Shown here: piece after piece, positions 40,603 to 53,404 of the stretch
Layout: each line of letters opens with the position of its first letter
Numbering within the stretch: position 1 is the stretch's first letter
NCBI RefSeq assembly: GCF_006345805.1
Contig: NC_043000.1
Location: 116,498,001 to 116,562,000 of the forward strand
Length of the DNA stretch: 64,000 bases
Source of the DNA: Octopus sinensis
Lineage: Eukaryota
Direction: 5' to 3'
Position numbers and translations under genes: made by a program
The notes under the pieces: generated by a model
Told to the model about the DNA's origin: nothing
The model's database searches: none
The model's input: only the letters and a program-made list of their open reading frames with translations

Positions 40603-40697
40603 AGAGAAACAAACGGACAAGGGACATCAAGAAAATAACAAGAACAGCGGCCAGAGTGGTTGTTTTACGTTTCGGAAGCAGGAGTCATAGAAAACAC
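40601..40697 (-). mobile_element. PLE-like fragment with a deleted hammerhead (40662-40695)
   Basis: Minus strand gtttt-CTATGA-ctcctgcttcc-GAAA-cg-TA-aaac; the 3' side abuts a long (TA)n. Confidence 0.4.
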
Positions 40698-40699
40698 CG

Positions 40700-40978
40700 T
40701 AAGTTTGTATGTTTAATTCCCGGCGACGCGTTGTATCCTTGAGCAAGCCACTTTATTTCACGTTACTCCAGTCCACTCAACTGGCAAAAAGGAGTAATAC
40801 CTGTATTGCAGAGGTTCGGCCTTGTCACATTTAGTTTCACGCTGAATCCCCCTGAGAAGAACGTTGAGTGTACGCGTGTCGGTGGAGTGCTCAGCCACTT
40901 GCACGTTAATTTCACGAGCAAACGGTTCCGTTGATGGTATCGACTGGAACCCTCGTTGTCGCAACCGACGCAGTGCCA
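40700..40978 (+). mobile_element. SINE family C, 5'-truncated, with an alternative tail
   Basis: ccttgagcaagccactttatttcacgttactccagtccactcaactggc body. Confidence 0.8.
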
Positions 40979-41029
<51 letters not shown>

Positions 41030-41259
41030 ATTTAAAAATCAACACCTTTTATCAAATCAAAATAAACGATTAAATTACACCATCTAGAAAATTACTTATA
41101 ATGGAAATATTAAAAATAAAATAACAATAATATACCGATGATTAAGTAAATTGCAACATAATAATAAAATCGTATATATTTGGTAGAATAACGACACGTG
41201 TTTCGTGGCTATATTTAAGAAATGATTATAGTAAAAATATTAATAGTAAAAAAATTAAT

Positions 41260-41322
<63 letters not shown>

Positions 41323-41808
41323 CCATTATCTATTTTTCTATCATCGCTCGCATTCTTTACAAGGGCGTATTTGTTTACGACACTTTGTAACTTTCGATGC
41401 TAGCTCTAAATTCTATAGAAATTCCGTAGAGATAAGCTTTAAAATGAGAATTAAATACCCTTTGAATTAGTTCTAGTTAAATGAAGACTTATTTTCGGTG
41501 TTGGCCTCTGCCACTAAACCATGCGGTGTCGTCAAATCTCGTTTCCGAAACCAACTCAAAACCATTCTCCTCTGCAGCTCCATTGGCCCAAATAACTAGC
41601 AGACGGTCACTAAGGACCTCCCTAAATGACAGCATGTGATCATCAAAAGAACGGACTAGATGGAAAATAACAGACGTCAAGTGACAAAAATCAGGTTTCG
41701 AAGACGGAGAGAGCGAGTCGCACTTCCTCGTCCCACAGCCAACCCTCCCCTGCAATAAACGCCCCCAGCTCTTCTATACCACCCCCGGCCTGAATAGCTA
41801 TCTCAGGT

Positions 41809-42183
41809 GGAGGCGCAATGGCCCAATGGTTAGGGCAGCGGACTCGCGGTCGGAGGATCGCGGTTTCGATTCCCAGACCGGGCGTTGAGTGTGTTTATTT
41901 AGCGAAAACACCTAAAGCTCCACGAGGCTCCGGCGGGGCGGGGCGACCCCTGTTGTACTCTTTCGCCCCAATTTCCTCTCACTCTTTCTTTCTGTTTCTT
42001 GTCCCCGATTTCCTACGCAACCGATGAGCCTGGATGCACATTCATCCATCCGTCGATGCTCTCGGTGTCGGGGGTTGACCTGCTTTCTCTTCTGCGAGTT
42101 TTAGGAATAGCAAAGGACCACGTTTCGGACTTCTCCCACTGGGACGAAGACCGCTTCACTCAACAGCAACACCCATCTCATAT
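41809..42183 (+). mobile_element. SINE family D with an alternative 3' tail
   Basis: Head and body match 1372-1672 up to ctctcactctttct..ctgtt, then diverge. Confidence 0.88.
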
Positions 42184-42696
42184 ATAGGCACACTTCGTAC
42201 AAATCAGTGTGAAGAGGCTCAATCACTCGTTACAGATTAACTACTCAGATATGCGTTAACGCCGACAGCAACGAATTCAAATTTATCGTGTAAATCTTTT
42301 ACTATAATACAGAGAAATAGTTGTTTTCACATGAATTAGCATTATTTTCGCCAATAACTTTTTACGATATAATGACGATAACAAGTAGCTGTTTTGCAAG
42401 CTACATTCAAGCACTGTAAAGGAAGTGATTTGTTACTAAGACAGGTATAACTTCATAAGATGTTCTGCAGGTAACGAAGTAAATTGATGCCATGTGGCAG
42501 ATTATTCTTATCTCTCCTTGCAGAAGAATGTTAAAGTTATTCAGTTAGATGGAGGGGAAAATGAGATTTAACCTGGTTTCTATCTGCGCATACTTATATG
42601 CTGGCATGTATATGTGACTTTATAAACATACATAAACATATATCTAAGCATGCATAATTACAAACACACAGAGATAACTCCACTTACACCGGTGTG

Positions 42697-42766
<70 letters not shown>

Positions 42767-42943
42767 TTATATATATATATATACATACACATATATATAC
42801 ATATATATAAATACATACACATATATATACATATATATAAATACACACACACATATATAAATACACACACACATATATATAAATACACACACATACATAT
42901 ATAAATACACACTGCTAAATGCCGTACCATTCTTATAGGAGGG

Positions 42944-42981
<38 letters not shown>

Positions 42982-43673
42982 TATATCTACCGTAATGCCT
43001 TAGTCAAGCTACCACATGTATATGTTGTATATGTATAAACACACATGCATACTTATATAAATACGTACAATATAAATAGATAAATTCATACATATACATA
43101 GATTATCTTTGTTCTCTTCCATCTCTAATTATTTGAAGTCTTCCTGTAAGGAAGGAGATAGTTTCTAAAAGAGGAAGATTCATCTTGATTGTAGTTGAGA
43201 AAAACTAAATGTAGTTGAGACTGAGATAAAAAAAAAATTTAAAAAAAAACATTGATCAAAGAACAAACATCAAATTCGAATTCTAAGTCGATTGCACATA
43301 CGTTCTTGATAGCCCGCTCTATATATTTGTATATTTATTTGCATATATATTTTTCCCTTCTGTGTTTTTTATAAACGTATTCTTTATATGTTAGAGGCCT
43401 TGGTAATATTTATATATGATCAAGTATTTGGAGGCGTGGTGCTATATAAAGTTGTTGACTCGAGTTTGATCTTTGTTCTCTGATCAATGTTTTATATATA
43501 TATAAACATATATACGCATAGACATATTTCAAGCTGTCACTCACTCACAACTGACCATCTCATCTATGTACACGGGCAAAAGCGAACATAAACACACTGC
43601 CATAACTACCCATACACACACACACGCCCTCTTATCACACACACAAACACATGGCACCACGCACACACACACA

Positions 43674-44380
43674 CGTAACAGCAGACGAAATATCGCTAAG
43701 CATTTTATCCAGCGTGCTAACGTTTCTTATTTCTTTACTGCCCACAAGAGGCTAAGAATAGAGGAGACAGACAAAAGGATTAAGTCGTTTACATCTACCC
43801 CACTGCGTAACTGGTACTTAATTTATCGACCATAAAAATGATGAAAGGCACAGTCGACCTCGGCGGAATTTGAACACAGAACGTAACGTCAGACGAAATA
43901 TGTTTCTTAACTACCCACAAGGGGCTAAACATAGAGGAGACAAACAAGGACAGACAAACGGATTAAGTTGATTGCATCGACCCCAGTGCGTAACTGGTAC
44001 TTAATTTATCGACCCCGAAAGGATGAAAGGCAAAGTCGACCTCGGCGGAATTTGAACTCAGAACGTAATGACAGACGAAATACCTATTTTTTTTATTACC
44101 CACAAGGAGCTAAACACAGAGGGGACAAACAAGGACAGACATAGGTATTTAGTCGATTACATCGACCCCAATGCGTAACTGGTACTTAATTTATCGACCC
44201 CGAAAGGATGAAAGGCAAAAACGACCTCAGCGGAATTTGAACCCAGAACGTAACGGCAGACAAAATACCGCTAGGCATTTCGTCCGGCGTACTAACGTTT
44301 CTGCCAGTTCACCGACTTCGTCAGACAAAATATCGTTAAGCATTTTATCCGGCGTGCTAACGTCTCCGCTAGCTCGCCTA
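43674..44380 (-). mobile_element. Head-to-tail array of SINE family B (about 4-5 units)
   Basis: Repeated gcgtaactggtacttaatttatcgac and aaagtcgacctcggcggaatttgaac blocks, with a duplicated head at the right end. Confidence 0.92.
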
Positions 44381-44554
44381 CTTCCTACATAGAATATTGT
44401 TTCAGTAAGAATTGTCTGCTATGTTAGCAGGTCCCACGGTGAAGAAAAACCTTGCCTGATTGTTCCTTTAGTAGTTATCAATCCTTTGTTTGTATTCACA
44501 GCTTTTTAGACCAGCCTGTATAAAACTTTTGCTCAGACATTAATATACAAAGCC

Positions 44555-44897
44555 AAGGCAGAGTCGTTAGCGCGCTAGGCGAAATGCTTTGCGGTATTTC
44601 GTCTGCAACTGAGTTCAAATTCCGCCGAGGGCGACTTTGCCTTCCATCCTTTCGGTGTCGATTAAATAAGTACCAGTTACGCTCTGGAGTCGATGTAATC
44701 GACTTAATCCGTTTGTCCTTTTTTTTTTGTCCTCGCTGTGTTTAGCCCCTGGTGGGCAATAACGAAATAACTATTTCGTCTGCCGCTACGTTCTGAGTTG
44801 AAATGCTGCCGAGGTCGACTTTGCCTTTCATCTTTTCGGGTTCGATAAATTAAACATCAGATGTTTACTGGGATCGATCTAATCGACTGGCCCCCTC
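44555..44897 (+). mobile_element. SINE family B dimer, inverted relative to the preceding array
   Basis: Two consecutive gttctgagtt...ccgagg..cgactttgcctt units. Confidence 0.9.
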
Positions 44898-44902
44898 TAT
44901 GA

Positions 44903-44934
<32 letters not shown>

Positions 44935-45989
44935 GCGCACATGATAACCTTACATGATGAGCTTTCATTCAAATAGTATTTGCCTGGTCAGAACTTCAGT
45001 AAATAAAAAAAATGTTTCGTGCATGTAGTGTGCAATGAAACGGAAATTGAAACCACGTGAATATGCAGCAAAATGTTTATCGACAAAGCAGTGTCTACAC
45101 CATTCGAAAGCGTTCTATATTTGAGGACAGGTTTCTTAACGTATACAGCTTATATAATATTCAACAACGATCTTGAAGAAATAAAACGTATGTGGATATT
45201 TCCATGTCATAGAAAAACTAATTAACTGTTGATTGATATTACTCGTTCAATATCAAACAAGTATCTGCTTTTCTCACTTGCTCGAGATAAAATATTGATA
45301 ACGAGAGAATGTACTTGCTTATATATATATCTTGCTCAAATTACCTACCACACTAGGCAGATCGCACTCACACACAGCAACACACACACATACGCTCACG
45401 TTCAGCAAACCATTTCTCTATCTCTCTCTCTTAGGCGCTAAATATGCGTTCATGCATTTATATCACTGCACTTTTATAATAACGAATCTTAAGTTAATGC
45501 TCCGTTCGCCCATAAAATAAAACTGTTACGATACGATGCATTCCAAGATATTTATATAAATCTGTTTATCAACGGATGTACCGTCAAATTCTCTCAGTAA
45601 CTTAACACATCTATCAAACACATAAAATTAATAAAACCAATATCGTTTACGTACACCAGAGTATTGGAAGTCATGTGATGAAAAAGTAACTAGTTTACAG
45701 CGTATAGTAATTATCAATATCACGTGATCATGTAATCGATGAGAATATCGGGTGTTGTTATAGGTCGGTGGTCACAATGCGCTTGCACCGTTTTGGATAT
45801 CGGACGATGCCGCACCCTGAAAAGGCGAGGAGGCCAACATTCCCCGTGATCGGAAGAATAGTCCGTCGCAGGCTTGTACATTTACTGCTGGATGGACTAC
45901 AGCAACGTGACATGAAGAATTTTGCTCAAGAACGTAACGTACCGCTCAGTCCCCGAAACGAACTCACGAGCACAACACCCAAACCAATA

Positions 45990-46805
45990 GGCAATACTCC
46001 TTAGCAATTATGAATATATTTTAGAGCCGGTGCGCGACCTGGGAATCCATATGAGCAACGATGCTACATTCCATGTTCACATTGCTCAGATGGCAACACT
46101 TTGCAGACGGGTGGCATGTTGGATCTTGGGCTCCTTCAGGACCATTAACAGAGACACAATGCTACTGCTTTGGAGAACCTTTGTCCTCAGTCGTCTGGAA
46201 CACTGCTCCCACCTGTGGTCACCGCAGAGCGTTAAACTAATTACGGAACTAGAGGTGATCTAGCGCCACTACACAAAGAAGACAGACACAGTAAAATACA
46301 TGGGCTACAGGGAGATGTTAAAGGAACTAGGACTCTACTCCCTGGAGAGGAGACGTGAGAGATGTGCGGTGCTATACATAGGGAAAATAATGCAGGGTCT
46401 AGCTCCTAACTTTGGAATCGAAAGCTACAGCAATCTCGAACTGGACGGTACTGCACATTACCAAATGTCTTATCTTCTCTATCAAGGATACGAACCCGAT
46501 GTTGTAATAGGTTGGGGTTCAAAGGATCACAACTTTTTCAAAGGATCAAACCTTTTAATGCTCTACCACAAAACATCATGGATCTGCGAAGTGTGAACAT
46601 AGAAGTCTTCGAAAAACGTCTAGACAGTTTAGACAGTTTTTATCTGCCATACCGGATGAGCCCACATCGCGACAAAGAAGAGCGGAAATGTCCAACTCGC
46701 TACTTCACCAGAAGTAATACTGGAAAGATATCCGATGCAGTAAAGACGGTGCACCAACATGGCCTCAGCCTCAGGCTGGAACTCGTAAAAAATAAAAGAT
46801 AAAAG
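45990..46805 (+). mobile_element. CR1-like LINE 3' end (RT C-terminus and 3' UTR), degenerate
   Basis: VRDLGIHMSNDATFHVHI...WRTFVLSRLEHCSHLWSP...LKELGLYSLERRRER...FNALPQNIMDL...FEKRLD, ending in an aaataaaagataaaa tail. Confidence 0.88.
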
Positions 46806-47487
46806 GTATCGTTACGCTTTCAATATCGTAGTACGGTTGATATTGTCGACGATAGATAAAGAATACAGTGTAACAGTGTTATAACAATACAAAATAGAAA
46901 CAGCTACAGCAACAAACACATAACGAACCAACAATAAATATTTCCAACACACTAACTCGAACTGTAAACTCAACCTGGACTTCGAAGACCAAGCTACAAA
47001 CTGCCGACTACCGCCAGACTACCGAATACCGTGGTCCCGTCTATTTTCATCAGTGGGTATCGTACTCTCGCCACAACAATAATAATAATATTTATAAGCT
47101 TATAGCTTATAAGTGATCACCGTGTATTGACTAAAAAAATAATCTAATATTGGAGGCATATAAAACCTCGACGGAAAAACGTGGGACTTCCGTAGACATA
47201 TATATTTATGACAAAACACGAGTATATCTTTAACATGTGGGAAGTCATAATATCACAATTTGTATCGCTAGGAATCACGCATAATTTTGTTCAGTGATTT
47301 ACCATTTCAGAAATGGCAAATTAAATGGCAATTATGTAGGGAAATACATCTGATACGGTTTAAGAATGAAAATAATATAGGATAATTCATATAAGTTTAA
47401 TATATCAAAATCGGCTTTGCCATACCTTCCCTAAAAATATGTTTACTTCAGAGTACCTACAAACACTCACACACCACACACATATAT

Positions 47488-47568
47488 CAGCTTCCCCTTG
47501 CTGGTTCCACACCACAGACTAGCTTCGGGGTATTTGCCCTTTATCAATGTGGAGTAGCCAAACCCAAC
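47488..47568 (-). mobile_element. Second copy of the hammerhead-like element seen at 22448-22531
   Basis: Minus strand ccaca-TTGATAA-a-ggg(caaata)cccc-GAAG-ctag-TC-tgtgg at 47512-47552. Confidence 0.65.
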
Positions 47569-48834
47569 AATAGTTGGCAATAACTATTAATTTCTCAAAT
47601 TCATTATATGCCATCGGTTTTGTTATTTACTTCCCAAAGATGAAGCATTGCATCCTTGTTAGAAACCAGATACTTCCTTGCAGAGATACTTCAAATAATT
47701 AAACGCAGAAGAGAACATACACACATAGAAAGACATACACACACATAACTCCACATACAGAGACACAGAAACATACGTACATACACTGACACACACTGGC
47801 ACACACACACATATATCTAGTAAGTATTCATGTGTATTAAGTGTATATAAAGCATATAAATATGAGCAAATATATGTACACATGTATATATATCAATCTG
47901 AGGATTTATATAATGTGTTTGTATGTGTGTGCGTATGTGTAAGTAGTTTTGTGTTTATGTGTGTATCTATGATGATGGACCTACATGTAAATTATTTGTA
48001 CTGCCTAAGGCAATTCTAGTTAGTCCGTACCATATCTATATAACAGATAAACGATTATACATATTCCGCATTGTTTGTGCCGGAAAATTTCGATTTATCC
48101 TTCACCGTAGATAGATGCCATACTATTGACAAACATTTCCGATTTCACTCCAAAAACATCTTCAAATTGGCAAATACTAAAGTTTGGAAAATACCCCAGA
48201 TACAAACAATATGCACAACCACCTTTCTCATGCGCTCAGTTGTTATTCTAAGACTAATTTAGAATTCATTAATTTTCTATTTGCTCATAAACAATTACTA
48301 ACAATTATTTTAATTTGGCTCTTCCACTCGGAGCTACCAGACAGTGAATTTGTGAAAAGGTGGTTGATTTAAGCAAAATTAGACAGGATGAATGGGCCAA
48401 CTATAAGCATGTAGCAGTAGGGAGGAGAACAATATTTAGGTGAGGGCTCGAACCTTTGTGTCCTGGATATGTGGGGTTCCTTGTGGAGCCATTGTATGAG
48501 CTTCTCGTATATCAGGAGGACTATCAATTATGTTTCGATATACTTTGTATACACTTTTATTGTATTTCACCGTCTTTTCAGATTCTTTCTCTTCATCTCT
48601 GACCTGAAAACTTACACAAGCTGTTAAATGTCCTTGTGATGTTGCCTTCATGTATGCTCCTTGTGGTAATTAAAAGACATCAGCTTTTGGCGGATGTTAT
48701 AGAGTGACTCGAGGTTCGAGATTTTCATGCATTGGCATTTTTTCAAGCTTTCATAAGTGCCAATGGACGAAAATTTCGGGACACTCTGGAACTTGAATGT
48801 CCTTGAATATATATATATAAATATATATATATAA

Positions 48835-48921
<87 letters not shown>

Positions 48922-49384
48922 GAGAGGGAGAGAGAGAGAGAGAGGGAGAGAGAGAGAGAGGGAGAGAGAGAGAGAGAGGAGAGAGAGAGATACATACATG
49001 TATACATACATAGTTGACCTTGTTACAACATTCTCAAAAGATATAGGGTTGGAGTTTGGTTAGGATAAATGTTGTTATATATTTGTGAACAGGAGGAAAA
49101 CTGAAAACAAGACAAGCAACATATCCATGAGTTACTATCCATCCATCCATTTATCTATCTATTCATCTATCTATCTATCCATTTACCTATCTATCTATCA
49201 ATCCATCTACCTATCTGTATATCATGTGTCTACTTATCCATCTATCTACCCATCCTTCCATCTATCTACCCATCTTTCTATCCATCTATCTACTTAGCCT
49301 TATATCTATCTATCTATCTATCTATCCATCCATCCATCTATCTACCCATCTTTCTATCCATCTATCTACGTAGCCTTACATCTA

Positions 49385-49423
<39 letters not shown>

Positions 49424-50146
49424 TAAAATAACTGTACATCTATTTACTTTTTTATCTCCCTACATATATGTGTATTTCTGTTTGTGTGTTTCTGTGAGAG
49501 AGAGTGAGTGAGAGAGAGGGAGAGTGAGAGTTCTGGTGTATTAACGAACGCAAAAAAAGCTACAAAAATTCTATAATATACGATGACATTACTACTTGGA
49601 GCTCGTTTTTCTTTTTACCGAGGGTTTCTTCCTCATCTGCATTGTAATATTGTGTAATGTCTCCTTATTCTAAAAGCATGCATTCCAATACACTTTATCA
49701 ATTTCTACTTATCCCTGTGTTAATAAGTGTTTTAGTGGAGCCGTTAGGATTTATGCAATATCTAAGGAAATCAGTGAATGACTCTTAAAGCAGATTCGTG
49801 TACCCAAATCCAGCAACATATCCATATACAAGTATTGGCGTATTGATTATAATACTAGATATAAAATATTTGTGCATACATCTTCAGAATTTTATTAATA
49901 AAGACCTTTATGAGATAATGACTTTACAAAAAAGACACCCTCTATAGACAGATTCTTTACAGAGGAAGCTGTAGAACACAATAACAAATTTAGACCTACC
50001 GATATAAGTAAAATTTACAAAGTCAGTTAAAACATATACAAGGCCTATATGTATCTTAATGTATGAAGCAAATGCGTCTTAATAACAGTGTAGATAAATA
50101 AGCCATAAATAAATTTTATACAAAGTATACATACATCGCAGGTTGT

Positions 50147-50322
50147 GGAGGCGAAATGGCCCAGTGATTAGGGCAGCGAACTCGCGGTCATAGGTTCGCG
50201 GTTTCGAATCCCAGGCCTAGAGTTTTCAATGTTTTATTGAGCGAAAACACCTAAACCTCCACGAGTATCAGGCAAGGGGTGGTGGCGAACTCTTTTGTAT
50301 TCTTTCACAACTTTGTCTCAGT
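50147..50322 (+). mobile_element. SINE family D, 3'-truncated
   Basis: ggaggcgaaatggcccagtgattagggcagcgaactcgcggtc head. Confidence 0.85.
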
Positions 50323-50354
50323 ACTATATTTAAGAGATGATGAATTATGTATAT

Positions 50355-50535
50355 TTGGTTAAGAGCGTGGGCTACTAACCCCAGGATTCTGAGTTCGATT
50401 CAAAGCAGTGACCTGAATAATGATAATAATAATAATAATAATAACAACGAAAAATACCTTGGGAATAAGAACCCAGGTTTGAAATTTCCCCAAGACACCT
50501 GATGAAGGCTGGAGGGCATATCAACTGAAACTTAA
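50355..50535 (+). mobile_element. tRNA-like head plus (AAT)n plus hammerhead-like core (chimeric element)
   Basis: ttggttaagagcgtgggctactaacccc...gagttcgattc (B-box), then acac-CTGATGA(50499-50505)-a-ggctg...caact-GAAAC; truncated afterwards. Confidence 0.55.
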
Positions 50536-50821
50536 GATCGCACCCACTTAAGAGCCAGTGGAAGAATTCGAATCTGACAACAGAGAGATAGAGAGTGTGC
50601 GTGAGAGAGAGGGAAAGTGTGTTTGAGGGAGAGAGAGAGAAAGCTGCACAAGCAATAGACCTCACCGCTTCGCAATTTTGCATATTAATATGCTGAGGCA
50701 ACGTAAGGCGGAGAATTTAACTCAAAGACACAACGCATCTATTTATCCGTGATTCGAATCGTCGACAAAATACATCTAACCGCTATGCTGCGTTCCTTCC
50801 CGGGTTTATACTGTTCTACAC

Positions 50822-51746
50822 TAGGCACAAGGCCGGAAATCTTGGGAGAGTGGGGGGAGGCAGTCGATTAGATGGACTCCAGTACGCAACTGGTACTTAA
50901 TTTATCGACCCCGAAAGGATGAAAGGCGTGCTAACGTTTCTTATTTCTTTACTGCTCACAAGGGGCTAAACATAGAGGGGACAAACAAGGACAGAGAAAG
51001 GGATTGAATCCACTACATCGACCCCAGTGCGTAACTGGTACTTAATTTATCGACCCCCCGAAAGGATGAAAGGCAAAGTGAATTCGGTGGAATTTAAACT
51101 CAGAACGTAACGACAGACAAAAAACCTATTTCTTTACTACCCACTAGGGGCTAAACACAGAAAGGACAAACAAGGACAGACAAACGGATTAAGTCGAATA
51201 TATCGACCCCAGTGCGTAACTGGTACTTATTTAATCGACCCCGAAAGGATGAAAGGCAAAGTCGACCTCGGCGGATTTGAACGTATCGGCAGACGAAGTA
51301 CTGTTAAGCATTTCGGCCGGCGTACTAACTTTTCTTATTTCTTTATTACCCACAAGGAGCTAAACAGAGCGGAGACGAACAAGAATAGACAAACAGATTA
51401 AGTCGATTATATCGACCTCAGTGCGTAACTGGTACTTATTTAATCGACCCCGAAAGGATGAAAGGCAAAGTCGACCTCGGCGGAATTTGAACTCAGAACG
51501 TATCGGCAGACGAAGTACTGTTAAGCATTTCGGCCGGCGCACTAACTTTTCTTATTTCTTTATTACCCATAAGGAGCTACACAGAGCGGAGACAAACAAG
51601 AATAGACAAACAGATTAAGTCGATTATATCGACCTCAGTGCGTAACTGGTACTTATTTAATCGACCCTGAAAGGATGAAAGGCAAAATTGACCTCGGCGG
51701 AATTTTAACTCAGAACGTAGCGACAGACGAAATACTGCTAAGCATT
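50822..51746 (-). mobile_element. Head-to-tail array of SINE family B (5 units)
   Basis: gaaaggatgaaaggc at 50913, 51060, 51243, 51452 and 51669 (spacings 147, 183, 209, 217). Confidence 0.93.
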
Positions 51747-52572
51747 GTCTGTAATTAAAATATTTCACGTTTTCACTGGCTTTTCCACAGCAGTAATTTG
51801 TGGCAATACTCATAACTTTGACCTCGAGGTTGAACAGAACAAGCACATACAAGACAGCCAGTTAGCACTGGCTTTGCAGGGGTTTTTGACTAGCTGGATA
51901 CTCATATACGTTTTCTATTTTTCTTTATTTTCCCTCTTTTTACATCGTTGGCAATAATGAGCCATCAACAAATGGATATTTCACATTCGTTTCTGCTCTT
52001 TTCTTGGCAATAACTTCAGTTAATTTTCTCCAACTCTTAATTGAACTTGAAATCATATCGTATAGCGTGGAAATAAAAGAAAAAGAACTATATTATTGTG
52101 AAAGAATAAAAGAAATGTTCACAACAGTTGTCAGTCATTTGAAACGAGGTTGGAATGAGTAAAATACAATAATTAAGATATTAAAGAAAAAAACCTCTCA
52201 CTTCTTGTCTCAAAATTGAGTTAATGAATATCTAATGATATATATATTTCCCACTGGAGATGTTCGTTCGAAATTAAAGGTAATTTATATTAGAACGTTT
52301 GATGTCATATAATATTCCCAAGTGTTGTACTGCTGCCAAATAAAATGTTACCCCAAATAAACAGGTGTACATTAAGGTAAGACAAGCGTATTAGTCAGAC
52401 GCATATGTACAGAAGTTTGCTTCCCAACGACATGATTCCGGGTTCAGCCCTACCTTGGAAAAATGTCTTCTAGTCTAGTACTCTAGCCTCCAGCCCATCA
52501 GAGCCTTGTGGGGGGTGGGGATTTGGTAGAAAGAAACGACGTTTACTATCCCTTAGGTGGTTTAAATATATA

Positions 52573-52743
52573 TATTTCTTTATTGCCCACAGGGAGCTAA
52601 ACACAGAGGGGACAAACAAAGGGATTAAGTCAATTACATCGACTCAGGTGCATAACTGGTACTTATTTAATCGACTCTGAAAGGATGAAAGGCAAAGTCG
52701 ACCTCGGCGGAATTTGAACTCAGAACGTAGCGGCAGACGAAAT
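52573..52743 (-). mobile_element. SINE family B unit (degenerate family A fragments at about 52410-52540 and 52830-53010)
   Basis: Family match. Confidence 0.85.
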
Positions 52744-53146
52744 AATTTGGAATGTGCATGTTTATCGTACGTTTCACATTGTACTTCTATTTTCCTCTCT
52801 CTCTATATATATATTTATATGTATATATATATCATTGTGTGTGTATGTGTTTGTGTTCTACCACCGCTTGACAGAGTGTATCTATGTCCCTGTAATTTAG
52901 TGGTTCCACAAAAGAAAACGGTATAAAGCGTAAAAAGAATTAAGTACAGGAACCGCTACATGCGTCTAACAATTCTTCGAGGCTGTGCCACAACATGGCC
53001 GAAATTCTAATGATAAAAAACGAGTGGAAGAAAAAATATATATTCACAGAACATGCGACATGGATAAATAGATATAGCCATACCTGTGTGTGTGGAGAAA
53101 TGTTTTGTTATTGTAAAGTTATATATAATAATAAATATAAACGCGC

Positions 53147-53387
53147 CCTTTTAAAGCCTAGCCAGGCTCATGGGCCCGGTTTCCCGGTTTCAATGGCGTA
53201 TATCTCCCCCAGCGGGACCGGACGCCAGTCCATCACAGCGTTACTCATTATTGCCAGCTGAGTGGACTACAGCAACGTGAAATGAAGTGTTTTGCTCAAG
53301 AACACAACGTGTCGCCCGGTCCAGGAATCGAAACGACAATCATACGATCATGATGCTGACACCCTAACCACTGAGCCACGCGCCTCC
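53147..53387 (-). mobile_element. Full-length SINE family C
   Basis: Minus strand ggaggcgcgtggctcagtggttagggtgtcagc...gtttcgattcctgg...cttgagcaaaacacttcatttcacgttgctgtagtccactcagctggc. Confidence 0.88.
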
Positions 53388-53404
53388 ACAAAGTTATATA
53401 TATA

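Noticed and set aside
41809-41887. tRNA gene
   Set aside because: A and B boxes are present, but there is no proper acceptor stem, and it continues into a repeated SINE body seen three times in the window.
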